Positions 28,188-37,847 of a stretch of DNA of 64,000 nucleotides are shown here, piece by piece (position 1 is the first letter of the stretch; every line of letters starts with the position of its first letter). The position numbers were made by a program, and so were the translations under genes. Source of the DNA: Candidatus Bathyarchaeia archaeon (GTDB taxonomy: Archaea; Thermoproteota; Bathyarchaeia; 40CM-2-53-6); contig JBEKSC010000014.1 in assembly GCA_049517415.1 (NCBI GenBank), positions 1 through 64,000 on the forward strand, written 5' to 3'. The notes under the pieces were generated by a model. It saw only the letters and a list, made by a program, of their open reading frames with translations, did no database searches and had not been told where the DNA came from.

Positions 28188-29549
28188 ATGGTTTTGTCCC
28201 AAGAAGAATTATCCGGATACTCCGGTATCTCACGCGATATACTTGCCAAAGCGGGAGCACAGGTTGGGGATAAACTTAGGGTCGAGCTGAAACGAATTGG
28301 AGGCCAGGAGGTAGTCGAGGGGCTTCTGATTCCGCGGTACCACTCCGGCCATGAAGCGGATTACATTGTCGTAAAATTGAAGACTGGATACAATGTAGGC
28401 GTTCGAGTAGACGCGGCCACAAAGGTAAGTGTTCTTGGTAAAGGCGAAACGCCCCATTTTACGCGCCCCGCACTGCCACACCAGAAAGCAGGTCTACCGA
28501 AAGTCTCCATCCTCAGCACGGGGGGCACGATTGCCAGTAAAGTAGATTATAGAACTGGAGCCGTTAAACCCGCCCTCGATTCAGAAGACTTGTACAGCGT
28601 AGTCCCTGAGTTAGCAGACGTCGCCAAGATTGACGCGAAAGTCCTCCTAAGCGTCTTCAGCGAGAACATAGGGCCGCAACAATGGACCAAGATTGCAGAG
28701 TCGGCGGCAGAGCAAGTTCGGGCGGGGGCAGATGGTGTGGTGATAGCGCACGGAACTGACACTCTGGGCTATACGGCAGCCGCGCTCAGCTTCGCTTTGC
28801 AAGGCATCCCGGCGCCAATCGTGTTGGTAGGGTCGCAACGTTCGTCTGATAGGCCCAGCTCGGACGCAGCGACCAACCTTATTGCGGCGACCGCAGTTGC
28901 GGGCCAGGCTCCTTTCGCGGAAGTTGTGGTCGCTATGCATGATTGGGTTTCAGATGAAAGGGTCGCCGTCCACAGGGGGACGAAGGTGCGAAAGTGCCAC
29001 ACCAGCAGAAGAGACGCCTTCAGGAGTGTTAGCGCTCGGCCCATCGCATACTACGACCTTGTAAATCGCGCCCTCCAACTGAACGGCGAGAAATACGTGG
29101 AAAGGAACCGGCGTTCAGACTGGGAGGTCCGCTCCAAGTTCGACCCGAACGTTGCTCTCATAAAATTCCACCCGGGACTTTCAGTGGGTATGCTTGACTG
29201 GGCGACGGCAACGGGTTACAAGGGCATTGTTCTTGAAGGGACGGGGTTAGGCCATGTTGGCGATGTGCTGTTTCCGGCGCTTGAGAGGGCGGTAAAGAAT
29301 GGAATCGTTGTAGGTATGTGTTCTCAGTGCATCTGGGGACGGGTGCACATGAACGTCTATTCCACAGGACGGGACCTGCTAAAGATTGGAGTATTGCCTC
29401 TAGGTGACATGCTGGCTGAAACTGCGCTCGTGAAGATGATGTGGGCTTTCGGCCAAGAGAAGGATCCCGAGAAGGTTAGCAAGTTGATGCTCACGAACAT
29501 TGCGAATGAACTCTCCGATAGGCGATCGCTTGAGGCCACAGTAGAATGA
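28188..29549 (+). CDS. gatD: Glu-tRNA(Gln) amidotransferase subunit D
   Basis: KLKTGYNVG, STGGTIASKVDYRTG, HGTDT, GSQRSSDRPSSD. Confidence 0.97.
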   Translation: MVLSQEELSGYSGISRDILAKAGAQVGDKLRVELKRIGGQEVVEGLLIPRYHSGHEADYIVVKLKTGYNVGVRVDAATKVSVLGKGETPHFTRPALPHQKAGLPKVSILSTGGTIASKVDYRTGAVKPALDSEDLYSVVPELADVAKIDAKVLLSVFSENIGPQQWTKIAESAAEQVRAGADGVVIAHGTDTLGYTAAALSFALQGIPAPIVLVGSQRSSDRPSSDAATNLIAATAVAGQAPFAEVVVAMHDWVSDERVAVHRGTKVRKCHTSRRDAFRSVSARPIAYYDLVNRALQLNGEKYVERNRRSDWEVRSKFDPNVALIKFHPGLSVGMLDWATATGYKGIVLEGTGLGHVGDVLFPALERAVKNGIVVGMCSQCIWGRVHMNVYSTGRDLLKIGVLPLGDMLAETALVKMMWAFGQEKDPEKVSKLMLTNIANELSDRRSLEATVE

Positions 29550-31453
29550 GCGCTGAATCAAAGGTCCAACCTAGAATTAAGGTCGGGCTGGAAATCCATA
29601 GGCAGCTCGACACAGAACACAAATTGTTCTGTGGCTGCCCAACAGATCTTGCTGAGTCGGAACCTGAGGAGAAGTTCATGCGTAGGCTTAGGCCGACGCA
29701 AAGCGAGTTGGGTCAAGTCGACCAGGCGGCATTGTTCGAATTCCACCGCGGCAGAAGCGTAATCTACGAAGAAGACGATAAAACCTCATGCCTCGTCGAG
29801 ATGGATGAGGAGCCACCCGGGAAACTCAACGGCGAAGCTATTGAGGTATGCCTTACCGCAGCTTTGTTGATGAACGCCAAACCAGTCGATGAAATTCACG
29901 TGATGCGCAAAGTCGTCATTGATGGTTCGAATACGACGGGATTTCAGCGCACTTGCGTCGTCGCGCTGAACGGGGCACTCAAGGTTGACGGGAAAGAAAT
30001 TCCAATCCAGCAGATTTCGCTAGAAGAGGATGCGGCACGTAAGACCGGTCAATCGAGCGAAACAGTCGGGTACAGGATAGACCGGCTCGGTGTGCCTTTG
30101 ATAGAGGTAACGACCGCACCCGTAATGGATTCTGCGGCTGAAGTCGAGAAGGTCGCATACGCCATAGGCACCATTCTGAGGGCGACGAGAAAGGTGAAGA
30201 GGGGTTTGGGAAGTGTTCGGCAAGACTTGAACATCTCAACTCCTGGCGGCGCCCTTATGGAGGTCAAAGGCGTCCAGGAACTTGACATCCTCAGTAAAGC
30301 GGTTGAAACGGAAGTTAACCGGCAACTGGCGCTACTTGAGATAAGGGGTGAACTTTCAAAGAGAAGTGCGAACCCCGAGTCGATTGTAAGGAAGTATTAC
30401 GATGTAACCAATACTTTTGCGGCCTCAAAAGCTCGGATAATTAAGGAAGCAATCTCAAAAGGCGGCGTGGTCTTTGCGCTTAAGCTTCCCAAATTCAGGG
30501 GGCTCTTGGGAAAGGAGCTTGCGCCTGGGCTGCGGTTAGGAACTGAGCTGTCCAATCGTGCTTCATTCTGGGCCAGTGTTGGCGGGATATTTCACTCGGA
30601 CGAACTTCCGGGTTACGGTGTCACGGAAGAGGAGGTGCGCAAAGTGAATGACCTGTTGAAAGTCGAAGGCGACGATGCCTTCGTCCTAGTCGCTGACGAG
30701 GAGAGTAAAGCAAATGATGCTTTGGGCGCCGTCGTTGATCGGGCCGTTGAAGCTATTTCTGGTGTGCCCGAAGAAACGCGAACAGCGATGCCCGACGGAA
30801 CCACAAGGTACATGCGGCCAAGGCCAGGCGCCGCCCGAATGTATCCCGAAACCGATGTGCCGCAAACACCCATCACGCAAGAATTCGTCACAAAGTTGAA
30901 GGCAAACCTGCCCGAAACCACTGAGCAATTAACCAAACGACTTGTCGACCAGTACTCGCTGAACCAAAAACTGTCAAAACAACTGGTTGACTCAGACTAT
31001 CTTGCACTGTTTGAGCAGATTGCTGCTACCAGTAAGGTGCCGCCCACATTCATCGCGACCATACTCACTGAGACATGCAAGAGCCTAGAACGTGAAGGCG
31101 TACCAATCCACTCCATCCCAGACAGCAAGATCCAACGTATCTTCGGATTAGTGGACGAAGAAGCGGTCGCAAAAGAAGCTGTGGTGGACCTGTTGAAATG
31201 GCAGGCAGCCAACCTAACCGCAGACCCCGACGACGGAGTCAAGAAGCTCGGCCTGAAAATGCTCAGTGAACGTGAACTTGAACAGATTATCGACCGTCAC
31301 TTGGAGAAGAACAAGAAACTCATCGACGAGAGAGGTGAGGGCGCGTTCTCATCGCTAATGGGGTCGGTCATGTCAGAGGTAAGAGGCTCCATCGAGCCCA
31401 AACAGGTTACTGAGACGCTAAAGAGAAGATTGGCCAAAGCGGTTGGAAAATAG
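29546..31453 (+). CDS. gatE: Glu-tRNA(Gln) amidotransferase subunit E
   Basis: VGLEIHRQL, MRKVVIDGSNTTGFQRT, LEEDAAR, RPRPGAARMYPETD. Confidence 0.97.
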   Translation: MSAESKVQPRIKVGLEIHRQLDTEHKLFCGCPTDLAESEPEEKFMRRLRPTQSELGQVDQAALFEFHRGRSVIYEEDDKTSCLVEMDEEPPGKLNGEAIEVCLTAALLMNAKPVDEIHVMRKVVIDGSNTTGFQRTCVVALNGALKVDGKEIPIQQISLEEDAARKTGQSSETVGYRIDRLGVPLIEVTTAPVMDSAAEVEKVAYAIGTILRATRKVKRGLGSVRQDLNISTPGGALMEVKGVQELDILSKAVETEVNRQLALLEIRGELSKRSANPESIVRKYYDVTNTFAASKARIIKEAISKGGVVFALKLPKFRGLLGKELAPGLRLGTELSNRASFWASVGGIFHSDELPGYGVTEEEVRKVNDLLKVEGDDAFVLVADEESKANDALGAVVDRAVEAISGVPEETRTAMPDGTTRYMRPRPGAARMYPETDVPQTPITQEFVTKLKANLPETTEQLTKRLVDQYSLNQKLSKQLVDSDYLALFEQIAATSKVPPTFIATILTETCKSLEREGVPIHSIPDSKIQRIFGLVDEEAVAKEAVVDLLKWQAANLTADPDDGVKKLGLKMLSERELEQIIDRHLEKNKKLIDERGEGAFSSLMGSVMSEVRGSIEPKQVTETLKRRLAKAVGK

Positions 31454-31461
31454 GTCGTTAA

Positions 31462-32406
31462 TCATTCTAGGAATTCCACATCGTCAATCAGCCCATCACT
31501 GTTAACATCCAAACCGCTGACAACCCGAGCGACAACGTTCTGGTTCATTGAGTTGCCCTTGGCGATTTCGTCTGTGTATTTGATGAACGCGAGTACTGCC
31601 GCTCTCGTGCCCTGGTAGGTGTTCCCAGCGACTACTATGACGCGCTTTTCTCGATTCATGGGGTTCACGATTGATTGAACTGCTCCCTCATCTTCTCCTG
31701 CGTAACTTCTTCCGGAAATTCGCGAAATCATAATGTTATGGCCAGTGAGTTCGTACGTTATTGGAAGGGATTCATTCACTGCCATTGTGACCGTGTTCAC
31801 CTTTGGGCCACCGACCGTTATGAGGTTCCGGAGCAGTTCTTCTTGTGAAATCTCAGTATCCAAGCGTACTATGTTCTCCCTAGTAAGCGGCAGCAATGAC
31901 CCTAGAAACAAGGCGAGGTCTGTGGCTCTGTCACCACATCTGGCGCGGCCTCGGAAAACTCCATGTGTATCTGGGCTACCAAGGACAATGTGCCCATCCA
32001 AGTAGCCTGAGGAAATGAAGGGTTCAAGAAGTTTGGAGGATGCTTCTGTGAGGGTTAGTTCAGGCAGGCCCCGGTTGCGATTCGGGGTGGCGGCTAGTTT
32101 GGGAATGATGGTGATTGCCTTTTGCTCGGCTTTGTAGTACTTCGCCATTGCGCCTCTTTTCTTCATTGTTCTCTCTAAGCGAATGAATCCGGTTCGCTCA
32201 AGCTCTCTTAGGTGGTAACAGATTACTTGTTCACTTGTGCCGAATGCCTGTGCGAGTTCTTTCGCGCATTTCTCGTTTCCTGTAAGCTCGGTTAGAATTC
32301 TCCAGCGTGTGGGTTGGAGAACTGACTGTGCTAACTTCGGGTCTGAGAAGACACGTGTGGGTACGAGTTGATCGGAATGTCGTTCTTTCAGGATTAAGTA
32401 TGACAT
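31462..32406 (-). CDS. ArsR-type HTH regulator fused to an S-layer-C-like (GGPxxN) domain
   Basis: N-terminal wHTH (RWRIL..L, ELAQAF, YHLRELE) and C-terminal NLITVGGPKVN...VIVVAG....GTRAA. Confidence 0.7.
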   Translation of the reverse strand: MSYLILKERHSDQLVPTRVFSDPKLAQSVLQPTRWRILTELTGNEKCAKELAQAFGTSEQVICYHLRELERTGFIRLERTMKKRGAMAKYYKAEQKAITIIPKLAATPNRNRGLPELTLTEASSKLLEPFISSGYLDGHIVLGSPDTHGVFRGRARCGDRATDLALFLGSLLPLTRENIVRLDTEISQEELLRNLITVGGPKVNTVTMAVNESLPITYELTGHNIMISRISGRSYAGEDEGAVQSIVNPMNREKRVIVVAGNTYQGTRAAVLAFIKYTDEIAKGNSMNQNVVARVVSGLDVNSDGLIDDVEFLE

Positions 32407-32597
32407 GGCTCTGAGGTTCCGTTTCTTTCACGATTAATAAAGGCGCGTTTTGACTATTAAGGCGATATTTGCCCAATCAGTGCACGTTCCCAGCGTGCGA
32501 TGATTTCAAGATCCTCAATTCATCAAATCCAAGCCACAGGAATGCTTATCACGCAAATCTGGACAGCTCGCCGAATTCTCTCGAAAAGGTGGCGAGC

Positions 32598-34421
32598 ATG
32601 TGTGGAATAGCAGCGTGTGTTTTGAAAAACGGCGAGGTCGGGGCAGTTCTATATGATTCGTTAAAGCGGTTGGAGTACCGCGGCTATGATTCTGTCGGTG
32701 AGGCCGTAATTAACGATGGCAAAATCGTTGTTAAGAAAGACAAAGGAAAGATTGACGAGGTTGAGAGCGAACTCCACATCAGTGATCTAACCGGAGTTAT
32801 CGGGATTGGACACACTCGTTGGGCAACACACGGAAGGCCGGCCCAGGAAAATGCCCACCCCCACACTGACTGCAAAGATCAGGTGGCAGTTGTACACAAC
32901 GGCATAATCGAGAACTACATGCCCCTAAGGCAGGAGCTGGAAGCAGCTGGCCACCAATTCAAATCTAGAACCGATACAGAGGTTGTTGCTCATCTCGTCG
33001 AAGAAATTTTGAAATCGGGAGTTGGTTTTGTCGAAGCCGTTCGTCTTACTGCCAACCGCCTGACAGGCGCGTACGCTTTTGCATTCATTTGCTCCCTCGA
33101 ACCTGACAAAGTCATCGGAGTAAGAAGGGAAAGCCCGCTGGTCGTTGGTGTCGGAACAGATGGAAACTACTGTGCTTCTGATATCCCTGCGTTTCTCTCA
33201 AGAACTAAGCAGGCGATCCTTTTAGAGGAAGACGAGATGGCTGTCTTAACGGCCGATCGCGTAAGGTTGTACAGGGTGGACTCGGGCGAGGAAATAATCA
33301 GAGAATCTTTCAAGGTCGATTGGAGTGTGGAAACAGCCATAAAGACTGGCTACCCACATTTCATGCTCAAGGAAATTCATGAACAGCCGCTCAGTGTCCG
33401 CAACGCTCTCAGAACACATCCAATATACCTTGAATTGATGGCTTCGGCAATCAACCACGCGAAAAGAGTTTTCCTACTAGCATGCGGGACCTCATACCAT
33501 GCCTGCCTTGCCGCGGCTTACGCTTTTTCGAATCTGGCCAAAATCGCTGTGACACCTGTGATTGCTTCTGAATTCATAGAGGGGTACGGAGCATTGATTG
33601 ACTCGGAGACGGTTGTTCTTGCGGTTAGCCAGTCTGGTGAAACTGCGGACACACTTAGTGCTGTGAGGAGCGCAAAGGATAGAGGCGCAACAATCCTAGG
33701 AATTAGCAACGTAATGGGTTCCACGCTTACTAGACTATCAGATGTTTACATCGGTCAGAATTCAGGACCTGAAATGGGCGTGGCAGCGACAAAGACCTTC
33801 ACAGCTCAGGTTTCACTCCTTCTAAAACTGGCCGTGGCCTTGGCCAAGAAACGAGAAGTGATTCGTAAGACCGAGCTGGAGGCGATGGAGCGTGGTTTTG
33901 ACCAATTGCCCGAGTGGATCTCCACTTTCCTATCCACTCAGCAGGAACATGTCAAGTACATCGTAGAGAAGTATTCGGACAGAAGGAGTTTCTGTTTTCT
34001 CGGTCGGGGGATGAGCGTGGCAACCGCCCTCGAGGGACGGTTGAAACTACTTGAGTTGTCCTATCTTCCGGCGATCGCTTATCCTGCAGGAGAATCGAAA
34101 CACGGTTTCATCTCAGTCGTCGAGGAAGGCTACCCAGTCATCTTCGTTGCCCCAAAGGATGAAGTCTATTCGAAGATTATCGGAAACGTTATGGAAATGA
34201 AAGCGCGAGGCGCGAACATTATCGCAGTAGTTGACGAACAGGACGGGGATATAACGAGCCTCTCTGAGGAGAAGATTACTCTTCCGCCGGGCATCCCCTC
34301 ACTTCTCACACCAATTGTATACATCATACCACTCCAACTATTCGCGTATTACATGTCTGTTCGCAAAGGCTACGACCCAGACTTCCCTAGAAATCTGGCA
34401 AAATCGGTAACCGTGCACTGA
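32598..34421 (+). CDS. glmS: Glutamine--fructose-6-phosphate transaminase
   Basis: MCGI N-terminus, LEYRGYDS, GHTRWATHG, SQSGETADT, PRNLAKSVTV. Confidence 0.98.
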   Translation: MCGIAACVLKNGEVGAVLYDSLKRLEYRGYDSVGEAVINDGKIVVKKDKGKIDEVESELHISDLTGVIGIGHTRWATHGRPAQENAHPHTDCKDQVAVVHNGIIENYMPLRQELEAAGHQFKSRTDTEVVAHLVEEILKSGVGFVEAVRLTANRLTGAYAFAFICSLEPDKVIGVRRESPLVVGVGTDGNYCASDIPAFLSRTKQAILLEEDEMAVLTADRVRLYRVDSGEEIIRESFKVDWSVETAIKTGYPHFMLKEIHEQPLSVRNALRTHPIYLELMASAINHAKRVFLLACGTSYHACLAAAYAFSNLAKIAVTPVIASEFIEGYGALIDSETVVLAVSQSGETADTLSAVRSAKDRGATILGISNVMGSTLTRLSDVYIGQNSGPEMGVAATKTFTAQVSLLLKLAVALAKKREVIRKTELEAMERGFDQLPEWISTFLSTQQEHVKYIVEKYSDRRSFCFLGRGMSVATALEGRLKLLELSYLPAIAYPAGESKHGFISVVEEGYPVIFVAPKDEVYSKIIGNVMEMKARGANIIAVVDEQDGDITSLSEEKITLPPGIPSLLTPIVYIIPLQLFAYYMSVRKGYDPDFPRNLAKSVTVH

Positions 34422-34542
34422 GTTCACAAAACGAACGAAATATCCTACTCCCACCCCTACCTACAGAGGTGACCTCAAGTTTTTCCTGAACGCGTCCAGT
34501 ATAATTGCATCGGTGGACTACACTTTTCCTTCTAAATTTAGC

Positions 34543-34578
34543 CTACTCGTAAACTAGTAGAAACTCTATTATAAGTAG
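34543..34578 (+). promoter_or_regulatory. Tandem palindromic operator candidate upstream of the ECF S-component gene
   Basis: CTACT-CGTAAACT-AGTAG (34543-34560) directly followed by AAACT-CTATTATA-AGTAG (34561-34578). Confidence 0.55.
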
Positions 34579-34587
34579 GTTCGGAGG

Positions 34588-35283
34588 GTGACCCGAACAA
34601 ACTTGGCGGAGCGCACGACGGCACAGAAAGTGACCGTTACTCTCGCAGGGGCAGCAGTCTTCGCAGCACTCGCAGCGATCTTAGCTCTCGCGAAGGCTGC
34701 GGTACCATTCCCGTTAATCCCGTACCTCCAAATAGACTTCTCCGAAATTCCAATCTATATTGCCTTCTTTCTATTCGGCCCCTTTGCGGCCATAATCAGC
34801 TCGGTCGTTCAATGGATATTCCTAAACGTGACCGGTAGCGACGCGCCCCTAGGCCCTGCGATAAAGTTCGCCGCCGTCGTCTCAACTCTCGGAGGTTTGT
34901 GGCTGGGCAGTGCCGTCTACGGGCGAATAAAGGGAAACAAGGCTCACCCATCTCTTGCGATCTTAATGATGTTTGGAAGCGGTATTGTATGGCGTGTAGC
35001 CGCTATGACCGTCGTAAACTATATAGTCCTCATATACATTGGGCCAATTTTCTTTGGCGTAGATTACATAGGCTTCGCAAAAGCTACTATAGAGAGGTCG
35101 ACAGGGTGGAAGTTTGGAAGCGAGGGTATGGTTTTGGCTTACACGTTGCTCTTCACAGCCGTGTATAACATCGTGAACCTTCTCGTGGCAGCAATACCAG
35201 CAGGGCTAATCGCTTCGCCTATCGCAAGTTCGTTTAAGCACATCACTTCCTTCGAGGCTTGGCTAGCTCGCAACATGCGCTAA
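34588..35283 (+). CDS. ECF transporter S component (RibU/PanT-like)
   Basis: PFPLIPYLQIDFSEIP..IAFFLFGP signature and about six TM helices. Confidence 0.8.
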   Translation: MTRTNLAERTTAQKVTVTLAGAAVFAALAAILALAKAAVPFPLIPYLQIDFSEIPIYIAFFLFGPFAAIISSVVQWIFLNVTGSDAPLGPAIKFAAVVSTLGGLWLGSAVYGRIKGNKAHPSLAILMMFGSGIVWRVAAMTVVNYIVLIYIGPIFFGVDYIGFAKATIERSTGWKFGSEGMVLAYTLLFTAVYNIVNLLVAAIPAGLIASPIASSFKHITSFEAWLARNMR

Positions 35284-35322
35284 TCACTACCCTGTAGCGT
35301 CTAGATCCTTACTTCGTCCAGC

Positions 35323-36579
35323 CTAGAGTTTTATGATGTTCTCGCGTTCAGGACCAACGGACACATACTGGATTGGCACCTTCGCCACTTCCTCGATACG
35401 CTTCAGGTAATCCTGCGCTTCCCTTGGAAGGTCATCCCACTTTCTGGCGCTCGTTGTTGGCTTTTTCCAGCCTGCCCATTCTTCGTAGATAGGTTGCACT
35501 CTTCCAAGGTTCACGGTGTCCGGCATTTCCGTGATTTCCGTTCCATCGAGACGATAAGCGATGCAAATCTTCACCTTCTCGAATGAGTCTAGAACGTCAA
35601 GTTTCGTGACTGCAAGACTAGTGATGTCATTTAGTGACACAGCATACCGGAGAATAACAGCATCTAACCAGCCGCACCGTCGAGGCCGCTGAGTGGTTGC
35701 CCCGTATTCGTCACCGATTTCGCGAAAACGCTCTCCATCTTTGTCAAGCAGTTCTGTGGGAAACGGACCGCCCCCAACTGCCGTTGTGTACGTTTTCGCT
35801 ACACCAACAATACTCTCAATTGAACGGGGCGACACCCCGGCTCCGGCACAGGCACCGCCAGCGGTAGGCGATGAAGCGGTGCTGTATGGGTAAATTCCCC
35901 AGTCAAGGTCTCGCATTGCACCCAACTGTCCCTCCAACAGGACCTTACGCCCTTCTGCGACTGCTCTGTGCAAGATTGGAAGCGAATCTACAATTCTCGC
36001 TCCCAATTTATTGCTCCACTCCTTGGCTTGTCGCATGAGATCCTCAAGTTGAAGCGGCTTTATGCCATAGTACGCCAATTCGTAGTTCTTGAGCGGAAGA
36101 ATCCCATTCAATCTTGTTTTCAGGAAGTCGGGATGTAGAAGGTCTCCAACTCGAATGCCTCGGTAAGCCGCCTTGTCGCCGTATACGGGTCCGATGCCTC
36201 GGCGAGTTGTCCCAAGGCCGCCCTTCTGCTCGCCTGCCCCGTCAAGGAGTCGGTGGTAAGCCCAAACGAGATGAGCCCTTCTGTCAACCCAGAAGTTGTT
36301 GGTCTTGATTCCGGCTTTTTCTACTGTGTCGATTTCTTCGAGCAGGGAGGATGGGTCGATTACCGTTCCTGCCCCGTCGATGCAAACAACTCGAGGATAG
36401 AAGATTCCGGATGGGACTAGGTGAAGCCTGAATGTGCCAAAATTATTCACAACCGTGTGCCCCGCATTGTTTCCCCCTTGAAACCTGACAACAAAATCGG
36501 CTTGGGCAGCGAGGTAATCTATAATTCGGCCTTTTCCTTCGTCGCCGAACTGCGCTCCGACGACTACAGTGCACGCCAC
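35323..36579 (-). CDS. purA: Adenylosuccinate synthetase
   Basis: GAQFGDEGKG, QGGNNAGHT, GTTRRGIGP, EYGATT.RPRRCGWLD, TKLDVL. Confidence 0.97.
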   Translation of the reverse strand: MACTVVVGAQFGDEGKGRIIDYLAAQADFVVRFQGGNNAGHTVVNNFGTFRLHLVPSGIFYPRVVCIDGAGTVIDPSSLLEEIDTVEKAGIKTNNFWVDRRAHLVWAYHRLLDGAGEQKGGLGTTRRGIGPVYGDKAAYRGIRVGDLLHPDFLKTRLNGILPLKNYELAYYGIKPLQLEDLMRQAKEWSNKLGARIVDSLPILHRAVAEGRKVLLEGQLGAMRDLDWGIYPYSTASSPTAGGACAGAGVSPRSIESIVGVAKTYTTAVGGGPFPTELLDKDGERFREIGDEYGATTQRPRRCGWLDAVILRYAVSLNDITSLAVTKLDVLDSFEKVKICIAYRLDGTEITEMPDTVNLGRVQPIYEEWAGWKKPTTSARKWDDLPREAQDYLKRIEEVAKVPIQYVSVGPERENIIKL

Positions 36580-36934
36580 ACCGTTTCCCCCTCACGAGGC
36601 TCTAAGTGCAAATTTAAGCTTTGACGGTAATTCACGGGAGCGATAGTTCATGCGACCGGGACCCTCTGATGCTAGTGTCCGACGGGAGAGAATTGGATTC
36701 AGTCTGCCCGTCGAATGCCATCACTGCGCCGGCTGAGAGCGCTCTGAACTTAAAGGATTCATCATTTTCCTACGCATGAATTCAACTCAAACAGCCCCTT
36801 CAGCTGTTTGAATTATCCTATTCTGAATCCGGAATCTAAAATTCCTGCAGCTTCTACTTTGAGTTATCGGTAATTCAGTTGAGTAACCGTTTCCGGCTAA
36901 ACTAGCGTTTAGTACACATTTTCTCTCCAACCGA

Positions 36935-37291
36935 CTATAACTTGGCAAGTTTCTTTCTTATTTCTTCAACATATTCGGGAAGCCCGTTCGTAGGGCTATC
37001 AACGAATTCAAGCGACAGGTTAGCACACAACCTTCTTGCAATAACACTGCTCAAAATTCGACTGACCTTGAGGCCGAAGGCATCTTCCAATATTGAGAAA
37101 AAGGTGTCTACTCGGTCAGGCAGGTCCTCGAGGGTAAGGTCGTAGTTCTCGTAAATCTGATTGAGCAACGCATCGGCGATAACACTGCCAAGCGCCTCAG
37201 TTAAGCCCTCTTTCACGCAGTGGGAAAAAATTTCGTTGAAGCTCAAACCCTTTCGGTCCGAAGTCACCGGCAAATCTAACCCCCCTTCCAC
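36935..37291 (-). CDS. Small helical protein of the type found beside archaeal two-component systems (DUF3227/NitrOD-like)
   Basis: LxEALG...LL..I.....L..EDLP.....F..ILE..FG pattern; follows the response regulator. Confidence 0.55.
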   Translation of the reverse strand: MEGGLDLPVTSDRKGLSFNEIFSHCVKEGLTEALGSVIADALLNQIYENYDLTLEDLPDRVDTFFSILEDAFGLKVSRILSSVIARRLCANLSLEFVDSPTNGLPEYVEEIRKKLAKL

Positions 37292-37367
37292 TCAACGTTC
37301 TTGGAAGCGTTTTGCTTCGACTACTTGGATTGCCCCTAAACTTTCATTCTAACACCAAAGACGCTGC

Positions 37368-37847
37368 TTAGCTGTCGTTTCTCTTCGACGGCGAAGCCTT
37401 CTCCCCTGACCTTGACTCTTTGAGACGGGTCTCGATGAAATCTTTGATCTTTTCTTCATCGTATCGCCTTGCCTTCTCTTGCTTCTCTAACTGTTGCTTT
37501 ATCTTCGTCAGCAGGTCGGCCATGTTTGCGGGTTTGATTACGTAGCCGTCGGCACCCTTGTTCACTGCCTCCACCGCATTTTGCAGAGTAGGGTATCCAG
37601 TGATGATGATCTTGACCATCTTTGGCGTTGTTTCTACCAGGGTTGTTAGCAGTTGGGTGCCTTCCATGTCTGGGAGGCGGATGTCTATGAGGGCGAGATT
37701 GTAGAAGTTTGTCTTAGCTTTTTCAATCGCTTCTCTCCCATTCTCCGTTGTGTCGACCGTATAGCCAGCGTCTCGGAGGGCCGTGGAAAATGTCTTCAGT
37801 ATGTTCTCGTCATCGTCAACAATTAAGATCCGAGCCGGATCGCTCAA
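37368..37847 (-). CDS. Response regulator receiver protein
   Basis: [16 protein letters not shown] (phospho-Asp), IITG, YVIKP; the TTG start overlaps the kinase TGA. Confidence 0.92.
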   Translation of the reverse strand: MSDPARILIVDDDENILKTFSTALRDAGYTVDTTENGREAIEKAKTNFYNLALIDIRLPDMEGTQLLTTLVETTPKMVKIIITGYPTLQNAVEAVNKGADGYVIKPANMADLLTKIKQQLEKQEKARRYDEEKIKDFIETRLKESRSGEKASPSKRNDS

